Below, piece after piece: positions 32,734 through 42,760 of a stretch of DNA of 64,000 nt. The position numbers and the translations under genes were made by a program. Source of the DNA: an uncultured Thermoleophilia bacterium. Lineage in GTDB: Bacteria; Actinomycetota; Thermoleophilia; UBA2241. A model generated the notes under the pieces. The model had not been told where the DNA came from and ran no database searches. It saw nothing but the letters and a program-made list of their open reading frames with translations. Location of the stretch: the NCBI GenBank assembly GCA_903927755.1, contig CAIYOD010000072.1:53254-117253 (forward strand). The letters run 5' to 3'. The stretch's first letter is position 1; each line of letters opens with the position of its first letter.

Positions 32734-33948
32734 TCAGGCCTTGAGGCCCGCGGCGGCGCGGAGCGCGTCTGCCTTGTCGGTGCGCTCCCACGTGAAGTCG
32801 TGATCGTTGCGGCCGAAGTGACCGTAGGCCGCCGTCTTGCCGTAGATGGGGCGGCGCAGGTCGAGGTCGCGAAGGATGGCGGCCGGGCGCAGGTCGAAGT
32901 GCTCGCCGATGAGGCGCTCGATCGTGTCCAGGTCGACCTTCTCGGTACCGTTGCAGTCGACCATCACGGACACGGGATGGGCGACCCCGATGGCGTAGGC
33001 CACCTGCACCTGGCAGCGCTCGGCGAGGCCGGCGGCGACGATGTTCTTGGCCACGTAGCGAGCCGCGTAGGCGCCGGAGCGGTCGACCTTGCTCGGGTCC
33101 TTGCCGGAGAAGGCGCCGCCGCCGTGCGGAGCGGCGCCGCCATAGGTGTCGACGACGATCTTGCGGCCGGTGAGGCCGCAGTCGCCCATGGGGCCGCCGA
33201 TGACGAACTTGCCCGTCGCGTTGATGACGGTGATGTCCTCGAGCTTGCCCGCCGCGTACATGTCCTTGGGCATGATCGGCTCGACCACGTGCTCGATGAG
33301 GTCCGGATAGATGATGCTCTGGAGGTCGGCGCTCTCCGCGTGCTGCGTGGCGAGCACGATCTTGACGATCTCGACGGGCTTGTTGCCCTCGTAGCGGACC
33401 GTGACCTGCGACTTGCCGTCCGGACGCAGGTACGGAAGGATCTCGGCCTTGCGCACGTCGGCCAGGCGCTTGGAGAGCTTGTGCGCCAGCAGGATCGGCA
33501 TCGGCATGAGCTCGGCGGTCTCGGTGCAGGCGTAGCCGAACATCATGCCCTGGTCGCCGGCGCCCTGCGTGTCGAGGACGTCGTCGTCGTTGACGTCGCT
33601 GCGCACCTCGAGGGCGGTGGTGACGCCCTGGCTGATGTCCGGCGACTGCTCGTCGATGGCGACCATCACGCCGCAGGTCTCGTAGTCGTAGCCGAAGTGG
33701 GCGCTGGTGTACCCGACATCCTTGACCGTTTGACGCACGATCTTGGGGATGTCGACGTAGGTCTCGGTGGTGATCTCGCCGGCGACGAAGGCGAGGCCGG
33801 TGGTCACGAGCGTCTCGCAGGCGACGCGCCCGTATGGGTCGTCCTTGAGGATCGCATCGAGGATGGAGTCGGAGATCTGGTCGGCGAGCTTGTCGGGATG
33901 ACCCTCAGTGACCGACTCAGAGGTGAAGAGGTAATTCCGCTTGTCCAA
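32734..33948 (-). CDS. metK: S-adenosylmethionine synthetase
   Basis: 404 aa with a TTG start preceded by GGAGGA. The GHPDK motif is present. Confidence 0.96.
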   Translation of the reverse strand: MDKRNYLFTSESVTEGHPDKLADQISDSILDAILKDDPYGRVACETLVTTGLAFVAGEITTETYVDIPKIVRQTVKDVGYTSAHFGYDYETCGVMVAIDEQSPDISQGVTTALEVRSDVNDDDVLDTQGAGDQGMMFGYACTETAELMPMPILLAHKLSKRLADVRKAEILPYLRPDGKSQVTVRYEGNKPVEIVKIVLATQHAESADLQSIIYPDLIEHVVEPIMPKDMYAAGKLEDITVINATGKFVIGGPMGDCGLTGRKIVVDTYGGAAPHGGGAFSGKDPSKVDRSGAYAARYVAKNIVAAGLAERCQVQVAYAIGVAHPVSVMVDCNGTEKVDLDTIERLIGEHFDLRPAAILRDLDLRRPIYGKTAAYGHFGRNDHDFTWERTDKADALRAAAGLKA

Positions 33949-34117
33949 TGTGGTCCTCCGGGGACACGCGGCGCGGCCGGAGCCGGCGCGGGTTGGATGT
34001 GGTGTCGTGCGGGCGCGGGAACGGCCCTCGCGGCCCGGAGGAGTCTACCAGACGGCCGTGACGGCCAGCAACGCGCGCGCCGCGGGCGAGTAGGCATCGC
34101 TTCGCCGCCGTCCGGCG

Positions 34118-35110
34118 TTACTCGTGTCTCTCCCGTTTGGGCGTGCGTCCCATGAGGTCGGCGACGCACTCCTGGGGCGTGCGGTTGCCCTCGAGCACCT
34201 GGTAGACGTTCTCGGTGACCGGCATCTCGATCCCCAGACGCGCGGCGAGGTCGTGAAGCGCGTAGGCGGTGTGCAGACCCTCGACGACTTGGCCCACCTC
34301 GTGCTCCACCTCCGCCGGTGAGGCGCCCTTGGCCAGCAGTTCGCCGGCGAGGCGGTTGCGGCTGTGCCGCGAGGTGCAGGTGGCGATGAGGTCGCCGATG
34401 CCGGCGAGCCCGGTGAAGGTGGCGATGTGGGCACCCTGGATCATCCCGAGCCGTGTCATCTCGGCGATGCTGCGGGTGATGAGGCTGGCGCGGGAGTTGT
34501 CCCCGAACCCGAGGCCGTCGGACATGCCGACGGCCACCGCGATCGGGTTCTTGACCGCGCCGCAGAACTCCACGCCGACGACGTCGTCGTTGGTGTACAC
34601 GCGGAAGGTGTCGCTTGTGATGGCAGCCTGGAGCGCGAGCGTCATGGCCTCGTCGACGGCGGCGATGACGGTCGCCGACGGCATGTCCTTGCTGACCTCT
34701 TCGGCGTGATTGGGGCCGGAAAGCGCTGCAGCGCCGGCCCCGGTCTCCTCCTCGATCACCTGGGTGGGGCGCTTCAGCGAGCCGATCTCGTAGCCCTTGG
34801 CCAGCGAGAGCTGCAGTGCGCCTTCGGCCCGCTGCGGTGCGACCCAGGCGGCCACCTCGCGCACGGCCTGCGTCGGGACCGCGTACACGAGCAACTCGGA
34901 ACGCGTCAGATCGGCATCCTCCATCGCCAGGAAGCCGATCTCGTCGGGAAGATGGACGCCGGGCAGGAAGTGCGGGTTCTCGTGCGTCGCCTGGAGCTGC
35001 GCCGCCTCCTCGCGGGTCACGGCGAGGACCTGGACGTCGTGCCCCCGGCGCACCAGCAACCGCGCAAAGCCGCTGCCCCAGCTGCCCGAGCCGATGACGG
35101 TAGCCCTCAT
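34118..35110 (-). CDS. gpsA: NAD(P)H-dependent glycerol-3-phosphate dehydrogenase
   Basis: Start MRATVIGSGSWGSGFARLL, 330 aa. Confidence 0.93.
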   Translation of the reverse strand: MRATVIGSGSWGSGFARLLVRRGHDVQVLAVTREEAAQLQATHENPHFLPGVHLPDEIGFLAMEDADLTRSELLVYAVPTQAVREVAAWVAPQRAEGALQLSLAKGYEIGSLKRPTQVIEEETGAGAAALSGPNHAEEVSKDMPSATVIAAVDEAMTLALQAAITSDTFRVYTNDDVVGVEFCGAVKNPIAVAVGMSDGLGFGDNSRASLITRSIAEMTRLGMIQGAHIATFTGLAGIGDLIATCTSRHSRNRLAGELLAKGASPAEVEHEVGQVVEGLHTAYALHDLAARLGIEMPVTENVYQVLEGNRTPQECVADLMGRTPKRERHE

Positions 35111-35111
35111 C

Positions 35112-35759
35112 TCAGCCTCCCCCCTCCGCTCCGTTCCCCGAAGGGCGCGCCTGTGTCCATGGCAGCTTGACGCGATGTTCTTCGCCGGCGAGCAGCCGCT
35201 GGATGTTGCCGCGATGCGCCCACCACACCAGGATCGCCACGAGCACGCCGGCGATCTCATAGGGGAGCGGTACGTCGAGGGCGATGGTGAGCACCGGGAC
35301 CAGCAGCGCGGCCACCAGTGAAGCCACGCTGACGTACCTGGTCACCACGATGAGCACGAGCCACGTGGTGAAGATGATCACGAAGGCCAGCGGGACGAGG
35401 GCGAGAACCACACCGGCCCCCGTGGCGATGCCTTTGCCGCCCTTGCCTTTGAGGAAGACGGAGTACATGTGGCCCACGACCGGCGCGGCGGCGATGAAGA
35501 TGGCCGCCCAGGGCGTGAAGAGCGCAGCCGCGATCGCCGCGGGAACGTAGCCCTTGAGGATGTCCAGGCACATGACGACCGCGCCGGCCTTCTTGCCGAG
35601 CACGCGGAACACGTTCGTGGTGCCGACGTTGCCCGACCCGTGCTCGCGCACGTCGACGCCATAGAACACCTTGCCGACGACGACCCCGAAGGGGATCGAC
35701 CCGACGACGTAGGCGAGGCCGAGGAGGAGGAGGAACCCGAGCGCCTGGACGACGATCAC
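35112..35759 (-). CDS. plsY: glycerol-3-phosphate acyltransferase PlsY
   Basis: 215 aa membrane protein with GSGNVGTTN motif. Confidence 0.93.
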   Translation of the reverse strand: MIVVQALGFLLLLGLAYVVGSIPFGVVVGKVFYGVDVREHGSGNVGTTNVFRVLGKKAGAVVMCLDILKGYVPAAIAAALFTPWAAIFIAAAPVVGHMYSVFLKGKGGKGIATGAGVVLALVPLAFVIIFTTWLVLIVVTRYVSVASLVAALLVPVLTIALDVPLPYEIAGVLVAILVWWAHRGNIQRLLAGEEHRVKLPWTQARPSGNGAEGGG

Positions 35760-37063
35760 TTCTTGCCCTTGAAATCGATCACGAGCGGGACGCCCTCGAG
35801 GCCGAACTGCGCCCGCAGCCGGTTCTCGACATAGAAGCCGAAGTCACGCGTGACCAGCGTGCGGTCGTTGATCTCGATGGCCATGCGTGGCGGTGAGGTG
35901 CCGAACTGGGCGATGTAGTACATCTTGAGGCGCTTGCCGTGCTTCTGCGGCATCGGACGGTCGGCGGCGAGCTCCGCCAGCGCCCGGTTGAGGGCGCGGG
36001 TCGAGATGTGCGCCGTGTAGAGCGCGTCGAGCTCGGCGACCTTGCGCAGGAGTTCCTTGACGCCGCGACGGGACTCGGCCGACACGGCGATGACCGGCGG
36101 CCGCTGGCGGAGCTTGCGCTTGGCGATCCCGGCGATCTCCTCCAGGTCCGGCTCGGCGATGTCGCATTTGTTCACCGCGAGGACAGTGGCGCAGTTGCGC
36201 CGGGTCGCCTCCGTGCAGATCGACAGGTCGAGCTCGCCGAAGCGCATGGTGGCGTCGACGACGATGATGGCGACGTGGGCGCGGTCCAGACTCTGGACGC
36301 TCCGCAGATAGGAGTAGTACTCGACGCCGCTCACCTTGGCAGCCTTGCGCATGCCGGCCGTGTCAATGAAGCGGAAACGGCCGGATTCGGTGTCGATCAC
36401 GCTATCGATGGCGTCGCGCGTCGTCCCGGCGAGCTCGCTCACGATCGTGCGCGTCTCGCCGGCGATGGCGTTGAACAGCGACGACTTGCCGGCGTTGGGG
36501 CGGCCGACGATGGCGACGGGCGTCTCGTCCGGCGCTTCTTCCGCCTCGTTGTCGTCCGGTGCGGCGTCGGTGACCTCGACGAGACGATCCAGCAGTTCGC
36601 CGCTCCCGGTGCCGTGGACCGCCGATACCAGCAGCGGTTCTCCAAGGCCGAGCGCGTAGATCTCCGGCGCCGTGGCCGTGCTGGCCGGGTCGTCCATCTT
36701 GTTGGCGACCACGATGACCGGCGCCTTGGAGCGACGGAGCACGTCGGCGATGGCGTAATCGTCGGTCAGCGGGCCGGCGCGGCCGTCGAGGATGAACAGG
36801 ACGACGTCGGCCGCCGCGATGGCGTGTTCGACCTGCTCGCGGATGTGCCCGGCGAACGGAGCGCCCTCGGTGGTGTCGTAGCCGCCGGTGTCGACGAGCA
36901 GCAGCCGGTGGCCTGTCCATTCCACCTCGATCTCCTTGCGGTCGCGCGTGACGCCGGGCGTCTCGTGGACGACGGTGGCGCGCGTGCCGGTGAGGCGATT
37001 GACGAGAGTGGACTTGCCGGCGTTGGGGGAGCCGACGATGGCGACGATCGGGAGTGTTTTCAT
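35756..37063 (-). CDS. der: ribosome-biogenesis GTPase Der (EngA)
   Basis: 435 aa. Tandem G domains (GSPNAGKST and GRPNAGKSS) plus a KH-like C-terminus. Confidence 0.95.
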   Translation of the reverse strand: MKTLPIVAIVGSPNAGKSTLVNRLTGTRATVVHETPGVTRDRKEIEVEWTGHRLLLVDTGGYDTTEGAPFAGHIREQVEHAIAAADVVLFILDGRAGPLTDDYAIADVLRRSKAPVIVVANKMDDPASTATAPEIYALGLGEPLLVSAVHGTGSGELLDRLVEVTDAAPDDNEAEEAPDETPVAIVGRPNAGKSSLFNAIAGETRTIVSELAGTTRDAIDSVIDTESGRFRFIDTAGMRKAAKVSGVEYYSYLRSVQSLDRAHVAIIVVDATMRFGELDLSICTEATRRNCATVLAVNKCDIAEPDLEEIAGIAKRKLRQRPPVIAVSAESRRGVKELLRKVAELDALYTAHISTRALNRALAELAADRPMPQKHGKRLKMYYIAQFGTSPPRMAIEINDRTLVTRDFGFYVENRLRAQFGLEGVPLVIDFKGKK

Positions 37064-38391
37064 CTGGACAGTCTAGCAAACGCGTCGCCGAGGGTCTCGG
37101 CGACGACGAGACGGCCGCCGCAGGCGGCCTCCAGGTCGCCCTCGGTGACGTCGTCGAGCGTGCGGCCCAGGTCGGCCGGAAGCCAGACGCGAGGGGCCGC
37201 GAGCCACTCGCCGTCGGCGAGCGGGTCGCGGCGCAGCGCGTCCAGCACTTCGGCGCCGCCGAGCAGCCCGGTCACGGTGACGTGCGGTCCGAAGACGGCG
37301 TTCTCGACGGCGAAGGAGCGCACCGGGACGCCAGCCGCCGGCTCCAGGATCGCGCCGACGCGGTCCAGCACCGGCGGCGCCAGCGTCCCGCAGAGCAGGC
37401 GCACGCCCGAGACGGCGCCCGACGGCGGCGCCGGGGCTTCGCCGTCCCGATCCTTGCCCCCGGCCCACGAAGCCGCCAGCTCGGCGGCCTCGGCGACCGT
37501 CGCGGCGGAGATGCCGACACCGTTCTCGTACTGCTCGGGCGCGTCACCAGCCGGAGGGTCGGCGCCGGCCAGCAGGTAGAACTCGTCGGCGGCGTGCACG
37601 AACGCGCTCCCGCGCCGCCGGACGAACTCGCTCTGCCACGTCTCGACGGCGCCGATGACCCGTCGGGCGTCCTCTGGCGTCGCGCGGCTGAGGTCTCCCT
37701 CGGCGGCGAGCGAGACGGGCACGACGCCGAGGTCGACCACGGCCTCCAGTGCGCCGGCCCGCAGCACGGTCTCGGCGAGCACGTCGCCGTCGTTCCACCC
37801 CGGGCAGAGCACGACCTGGAGATGCAGGTCGAGGCCCGCGGCGGCAAGCCGCTCCAGCACGCCGCGAGAACCTGCCGCCGCCCGCCCCATGAGGCGGACG
37901 CGGGCGGCGTCGTCCAAGGCGTGCAGCGAAACGTACAGCGGAGAAAGCCGGAGCTCCTCGATGCGCTCGATATCGGGCTCGCTCAGATTCGTGAGCGTCA
38001 TGAAGTTCCCGTGCAGGAAGGACAATCGATAGTCGTCGTCCTTGACTGACAGGGCCGCGCGCAGGCCTGCCGGCACCTGGTCGACGAAACAGAAGCGACA
38101 GGCGTTGCGGCAGGTTCGCGGGTCGTCGCCGAGCCCGCCGCGATCGAGTGAGATGCCATGCCACTCGCCGGGGTTCGGCGCGACCACGAGGTCCAGCGGG
38201 TGGCCGTCGCGCAGCACGGAGAGCCAGAGGGTGCCGTCGGCGGCGGCGTCTTCCACGTCGAGGACGTCGAGCGGGACGCCGCCGTTCAGGGCGACGATGC
38301 GGTCGCCGGCGCGAAGTCCGCCGCGGGCGGCGGCGTCTCGAGCGTCGGCGACGAGGACGCCGCCGCAGGCGGCTTCCGCGCCGTCAGCCAC
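37060..38391 (-). CDS. DUF512 protein with N-terminal PDZ and a radical-SAM-like CxxxCxxC cluster
   Basis: PDZ segment GGVLVADARDAAARGGLRAGDRIVALNG and cluster CRNACRFCF. Probable GTG start overlapping the ispH stop. The upstream portion of the track ORF is probably not coding. Confidence 0.75.
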   Translation of the reverse strand: MADGAEAACGGVLVADARDAAARGGLRAGDRIVALNGGVPLDVLDVEDAAADGTLWLSVLRDGHPLDLVVAPNPGEWHGISLDRGGLGDDPRTCRNACRFCFVDQVPAGLRAALSVKDDDYRLSFLHGNFMTLTNLSEPDIERIEELRLSPLYVSLHALDDAARVRLMGRAAAGSRGVLERLAAAGLDLHLQVVLCPGWNDGDVLAETVLRAGALEAVVDLGVVPVSLAAEGDLSRATPEDARRVIGAVETWQSEFVRRRGSAFVHAADEFYLLAGADPPAGDAPEQYENGVGISAATVAEAAELAASWAGGKDRDGEAPAPPSGAVSGVRLLCGTLAPPVLDRVGAILEPAAGVPVRSFAVENAVFGPHVTVTGLLGGAEVLDALRRDPLADGEWLAAPRVWLPADLGRTLDDVTEGDLEAACGGRLVVAETLGDAFARLSR

Positions 38392-39334
38392 CGCAGAGGT
38401 CCAGGAGCGCGCGCACGGTGGCCTCGATCTCCTCGTCGGGCGTCGAGGCCCCCGCGGTGACGCCGATCCGCGCCGCGCCATCCAGCCAGTCGGCGCTCAG
38501 CTCGGCCGCGGACTCGATGTGGTGGGTCCGCGGCTCGATCGCCGTGCAGAGCTGGGCGAGACGGGCGGTGTTGGCGCTGTTCCGCCCGCCGACGACCACG
38601 ACGACGTCGACGTCCTCGGCGAGCTCGCAGGCGGCGCTCTGACGCTTCTCGGTCGCGTCACAGACCGTGTTGAAGACGAGGAGCTCGCGGGCGACCGGCG
38701 CCAGCGCAGCCGCGAGCGCCGAGAGGTTGGCGCGCGTCTGCGTGGTCTGCACGACCACGCCGACGCGCCGCCCGCGCAGGCGCTCGAGCGGCAGGCCGGA
38801 CGCGTCCTCCACGACCACCGCGTCCGACCCGGCGAACCCTTCGAGCCCGACGACCTCGGGGTGGTCTCGCTCGCCGAGGATCACGACGGCGTACCCCGAC
38901 TCGCGGAGCGCGGCCGCCTTGCGCTGGGCGACCGAGACGAACGGACAGGTGGCATCCACCACGTTGAGGTGTCTTGACCGCGCGTGTTCGATCACGTCCG
39001 GAGACACGCCGTGCGTCCGCACGATGAGCGTGCCGACGGTCGCGTCGTCGACCTCGTCGACCACGTCGACGCCCCTCTCCTTCAGGTGCCCGACGACGCT
39101 CGGATTGTGGATGATGGGCCCGAGCGTCGCCACAGGCGGCGGCGCGCCGTCGAGCGCCTGGCCCGTCAGGCGCAGAGCGCGCTCCACGCCGTAGCAGTAG
39201 CCGGCGTAGCGGGCCACCACGATCTCTGAGTCGCCGGCGCGGACGTGGCGCAACTCGGCGCTGCGCTCCGGCTCCTCGTCGTAGGACGGCGAGCCTTGGC
39301 CGGAGACCGGAGGACCGTCCTCAGAGGCGGGCAT
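38384..39334 (-). CDS. ispH: 4-hydroxy-3-methylbut-2-enyl diphosphate reductase
   Basis: 316 aa with N-terminal YAGYCYGVERAL motif. May have an N-terminal extension or an internal start. Confidence 0.9.
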   Translation of the reverse strand: MPASEDGPPVSGQGSPSYDEEPERSAELRHVRAGDSEIVVARYAGYCYGVERALRLTGQALDGAPPPVATLGPIIHNPSVVGHLKERGVDVVDEVDDATVGTLIVRTHGVSPDVIEHARSRHLNVVDATCPFVSVAQRKAAALRESGYAVVILGERDHPEVVGLEGFAGSDAVVVEDASGLPLERLRGRRVGVVVQTTQTRANLSALAAALAPVARELLVFNTVCDATEKRQSAACELAEDVDVVVVVGGRNSANTARLAQLCTAIEPRTHHIESAAELSADWLDGAARIGVTAGASTPDEEIEATVRALLDLCGG

Positions 39335-39965
39335 AGAGCTCCACCATGGCGTCGTGCATGCGCCGGGCGGCCTCCTGATACGCCTTGCTGTTCCTGGTCG
39401 TGATGTCGCTGAGGTCGATGGGCGGGCCCACGAGTCCCCGCAGGACGGGTAGACCGAGCTTCCCGTCGCGCAGCATGTCCTGCGTGCCGTCCAGGGCGAG
39501 CGGGATCACCGGCGCGCCGCTCCGCAGGGCGATCATGCCGACGCCGGGCAGGAAGTCGCCGACGCCGTGGTACCGCTGACGGTGCCCCTCGGGGAACATG
39601 AGCAGCATCTCTCCCCGCTTGAGCATGTCCAGCGCCCCGGTCAGCGCGGCGCGGTCACCGGCGCCGCGGTCGATGGGGAACGCGCCGAGGCTCGTGATGA
39701 GCTTCGCGGCCGCGCTGCGGACGAACAGTTCCTTCTTGGCCATGAAGCGCAGCGGGCGGTCGAAGACCATCCCCGCGATCACGGGGTCCCAGAAGGCCTT
39801 GTGGGTCATGATGACCATCACGGGGCCCGACTGCGGCAGGTTCTCGGCGCCCCGGACCCGGCAGCGGTACAGCCCGCCGAAGAACGGGATCGCGAGCCAG
39901 CGCACGAAGGTATAGAGACGCGTTTCGCCGTGTCCGACCAGCGGGTACCGCCACACGCGGATCAC
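39321..39965 (-). CDS. plsC: 1-acyl-sn-glycerol-3-phosphate acyltransferase
   Basis: 214 aa. HxxxxD (HKAFWD) and FPEG motifs. Confidence 0.85.
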   Translation of the reverse strand: MIRVWRYPLVGHGETRLYTFVRWLAIPFFGGLYRCRVRGAENLPQSGPVMVIMTHKAFWDPVIAGMVFDRPLRFMAKKELFVRSAAAKLITSLGAFPIDRGAGDRAALTGALDMLKRGEMLLMFPEGHRQRYHGVGDFLPGVGMIALRSGAPVIPLALDGTQDMLRDGKLGLPVLRGLVGPPIDLSDITTRNSKAYQEAARRMHDAMVELYARL

Positions 39966-40621
39966 GAGGCCACCTTGTCTCTGACGATGGCGACGACGGC
40001 GGCGACCACCTCGTCGAGCGAGAGCTTGGACGTATCGACCTCCACCGCGTCCGCGGCCTTGCGCAGCGGCGCGACCTCGCGTTCGCTGTCGCGGCGATCG
40101 CGCTCCAGGAGCGCGTCAAGCACCTCATCCACGTCGACCTCCTCGCCTTTCGCGCAGAGCTCGTCGGCACGGCGCGCCGCACGCACCTCGGGGCGCGCCG
40201 TCAGGAACACCTTGACCTCGGCGCCCGGGAACACGTTGGTGCCGATATCGCGGCCCTCCATGACGATGTCGGCGCCGGCGCCGAGGGTCCGCTGCCGCTC
40301 GACCAGCAGGCGGCGCACGCCCGGCAGCACCGACACGACCGAGGCCGCGGCGCCCATCTCCAGGCTGCGGATGAGGCCGCTGACGTCGCGGTCGCCGGCG
40401 AACAGCCGACCGTCGCCGTCGAAGCGCAGCTCCGCATGCGCGGCGATGGGCACGACGGCCGCCTCGTCGTCCAGCCGCACGCCGGCCTCCGTGGCCAGCA
40501 GCCCGACGGCGCGGTACATGGCGCCGGTGTCCAGATACAGGTACCCGAGCCTCTGAGCGGCCATCCTGGCCACCGTGCTCTTGCCCGAGCCCACCGGCCC
40601 GTCGATGGCGACCACAGTCAT
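39962..40621 (-). CDS. cmk: cytidylate kinase
   Basis: MTVVAIDGPVGSGKSTVARMAAQRLGYLYLDTGAMYRA. Confidence 0.95.
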   Translation of the reverse strand: MTVVAIDGPVGSGKSTVARMAAQRLGYLYLDTGAMYRAVGLLATEAGVRLDDEAAVVPIAAHAELRFDGDGRLFAGDRDVSGLIRSLEMGAAASVVSVLPGVRRLLVERQRTLGAGADIVMEGRDIGTNVFPGAEVKVFLTARPEVRAARRADELCAKGEEVDVDEVLDALLERDRRDSEREVAPLRKAADAVEVDTSKLSLDEVVAAVVAIVRDKVAS

Positions 40622-41736
40622 TCGGCGTCGACCTCCGCCCTGGTGCTCACCTCGTACCCGAGCGCGCCGAGCACGTGCGTCGCGCGCTGGCAGACGTCCT
40701 CGCCGAGGACGAAGACGGTCAGCGTACCGCCCAGTTCGGCGCTCATGTGGTGCATGGAGAGGTCCTCGACGTTGATGCCGGCGTCTCCGAGCGCGACCAT
40801 GATCTCGCTGAACACGCCGGGCCGGTCGGGGACCGGGATCAGGATCCGGTACAGGTCCTCGGCCGGCAGGCTCCCGGCCGCGAGCATACGATCGCGCTGC
40901 TCCTTGGCACGCACGATGGTGTCGCTCAGGCGCGGCGCGTCCGCGGCGGCGAGCGCCTCGAGCACCTCCTGCAGCCCCTCCTGGAACTGGGCCAGCGATG
41001 CGAGGAGGGCGGCGCGGTTGTCGAGGAAGATGTCTGTCCAGACGCGCCGGTTGCTGCCGGCGATGCGGGTGAGGTCGCGGAAGCTCGGCCCCGCCGAGAG
41101 CAGCGCGTCGCGCGCGCCGGCGTGCTGGCCGGCCTGGCTCATGAGCACGTTGGCGAGCACGTGCGGCAGGTGGCTGACCACGGCCATCTGGCGGTCGTGC
41201 TCCTCGGGGTCGACCGCGACCGGCCGGGCGCCGATGTCGCCCAGGAACCCGTAGAGCAACTGGTAGGCGTCGGCGTCCACGTGGTCGCCCGGGGTCACGA
41301 AGTAGGTGGCGCCGTGGTACAGCGAGGCGCGCGCGTTGGCGACCCCGGCGGTCTCAGACCCGCAGAGGGGGTGGCCGCCGATGCAACGCCGTTGCTCCTC
41401 GGGCGTGAGCGCCCGCATCAGTGGTCCCTTGGTACTTCCCACATCCGAGACGACCGCGTGCGGCGGAGCAGCCGCCAGCGCCGCCCGCACGTGCTTGACC
41501 ACGAGCCGGACGGGCGTGCAGACGAAGATCAGGTCGGCGCCGGCGCAGGCCTCTTCGAGGCTCGCGCAGGCGCGGGTGATGGCGCCGCGCTCGAGCGCGA
41601 GGTCCAGCGTGGCCCGAGTCTGGCTGAAGCCACGGACCTCGCCCACGCCGGCAAGCTCGCGCGCGGCGAGGCCGAGCGATCCACCCATGAGGCCGACGCC
41701 GATGAGGGCGACGGTGCTGACGTGCGCCTCGGCCAC
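40618..41736 (-). CDS. tyrA: prephenate dehydrogenase with C-terminal ACT domain
   Basis: 372 aa. Rossmann ALIGVGLMGGSLG and the PH_dh domain. Confidence 0.88.
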   Translation of the reverse strand: MAEAHVSTVALIGVGLMGGSLGLAARELAGVGEVRGFSQTRATLDLALERGAITRACASLEEACAGADLIFVCTPVRLVVKHVRAALAAAPPHAVVSDVGSTKGPLMRALTPEEQRRCIGGHPLCGSETAGVANARASLYHGATYFVTPGDHVDADAYQLLYGFLGDIGARPVAVDPEEHDRQMAVVSHLPHVLANVLMSQAGQHAGARDALLSAGPSFRDLTRIAGSNRRVWTDIFLDNRAALLASLAQFQEGLQEVLEALAAADAPRLSDTIVRAKEQRDRMLAAGSLPAEDLYRILIPVPDRPGVFSEIMVALGDAGINVEDLSMHHMSAELGGTLTVFVLGEDVCQRATHVLGALGYEVSTRAEVDAE

Positions 41737-41740
41737 GGCG

Positions 41741-42760
41741 TCAGGCCATCTTGCCGGCCCAGCGCGCCAGGCCGAGCACGCGGTCGGCGTACTCGCCGAA
41801 CGCCGCCGTCGGCAGCGACTGGGGGCCGTCGCAGAGGGCGTGCTCCGGATTGGGGTGCGTCTCCACCAGCACGCCGTCGGCCCCTGCAGCCACGCCGGCC
41901 AGCGAAAGCGGCAGCACCAGATCGAGCCTGCCTGCGGAGTGACTGGGATCGACGACCACGGGCAGGTGGCTGGCGAGCTTGATCACCGGCACGGCGCTGA
42001 TATCCAGGGTGTTGCGGGTGGCCGTCTCGAAGGTGCGGATGCCGCGCTCGCAGAGGATCACGTCCCGGTTGCCCTCCTTGAGGATGTATTCGGCCGACAT
42101 GAGCAGCTCTTCGATCGTCGTCGCCGGACCCCGCTTGAGGAGCACCGGCTTCCCGGCCTTGCCGAGCTCCGCGAGGAGCAGGAAGTTCTGGGTGTTGCGG
42201 GCGCCGACCTGGAGCACGTCGGCATAGGAGCACACGACGTCCAGGTCACGCGGGTCCATGACCTCGGTGACGATCGGCAGACCGGTCTCGGCCCGCGCGG
42301 CGGCCATCATCTTCAGGCCTTCCTCGCCGAGCCCCTGAAAGGCGTAGGGCGAGGTGCGCGGTTTGAAGGCGCCGCCGCGCATCATGTGGCCGCCCGCCGC
42401 CTTCACGGCCCGGGCGGCCTCCAGCACCTGTCCCGGCGTCTCGATGGAGCACGGCCCGGCGATGAGGGCGAAGTGCCCGCCGCCGATCTTCACCCCATTG
42501 ACGTCGATCACCGTGTCGCGCGCCTGGAACTCTCGGCTGACCAGCTTGTACGGACGCAGGATCGCGACGACCCGATCGACCCCGGGCATGGCCTCGAGCG
42601 GGAGCTCCGTGATCGCCTCGCGGTCGCCGATGACACCGATGACCGTGACGTCCTCACCCAGGGAGATGTGCGCGGTGGCGCCTGCCTCCTCGGCGCGCGC
42701 GCAGAGGTGCGCGACTTCCTGCTCCGTCGCACCCTCGTGCATGATCACCATCATGCTCAC
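41741..42760 (-). CDS. aroF: 3-deoxy-7-phosphoheptulonate (DAHP) synthase, type I-beta with N-terminal regulatory domain
   Basis: 339 aa. KDSA/AroA(G)-type DAHP synthase catalytic core. Confidence 0.85.
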   Translation of the reverse strand: MSMMVIMHEGATEQEVAHLCARAEEAGATAHISLGEDVTVIGVIGDREAITELPLEAMPGVDRVVAILRPYKLVSREFQARDTVIDVNGVKIGGGHFALIAGPCSIETPGQVLEAARAVKAAGGHMMRGGAFKPRTSPYAFQGLGEEGLKMMAAARAETGLPIVTEVMDPRDLDVVCSYADVLQVGARNTQNFLLLAELGKAGKPVLLKRGPATTIEELLMSAEYILKEGNRDVILCERGIRTFETATRNTLDISAVPVIKLASHLPVVVDPSHSAGRLDLVLPLSLAGVAAGADGVLVETHPNPEHALCDGPQSLPTAAFGEYADRVLGLARWAGKMA

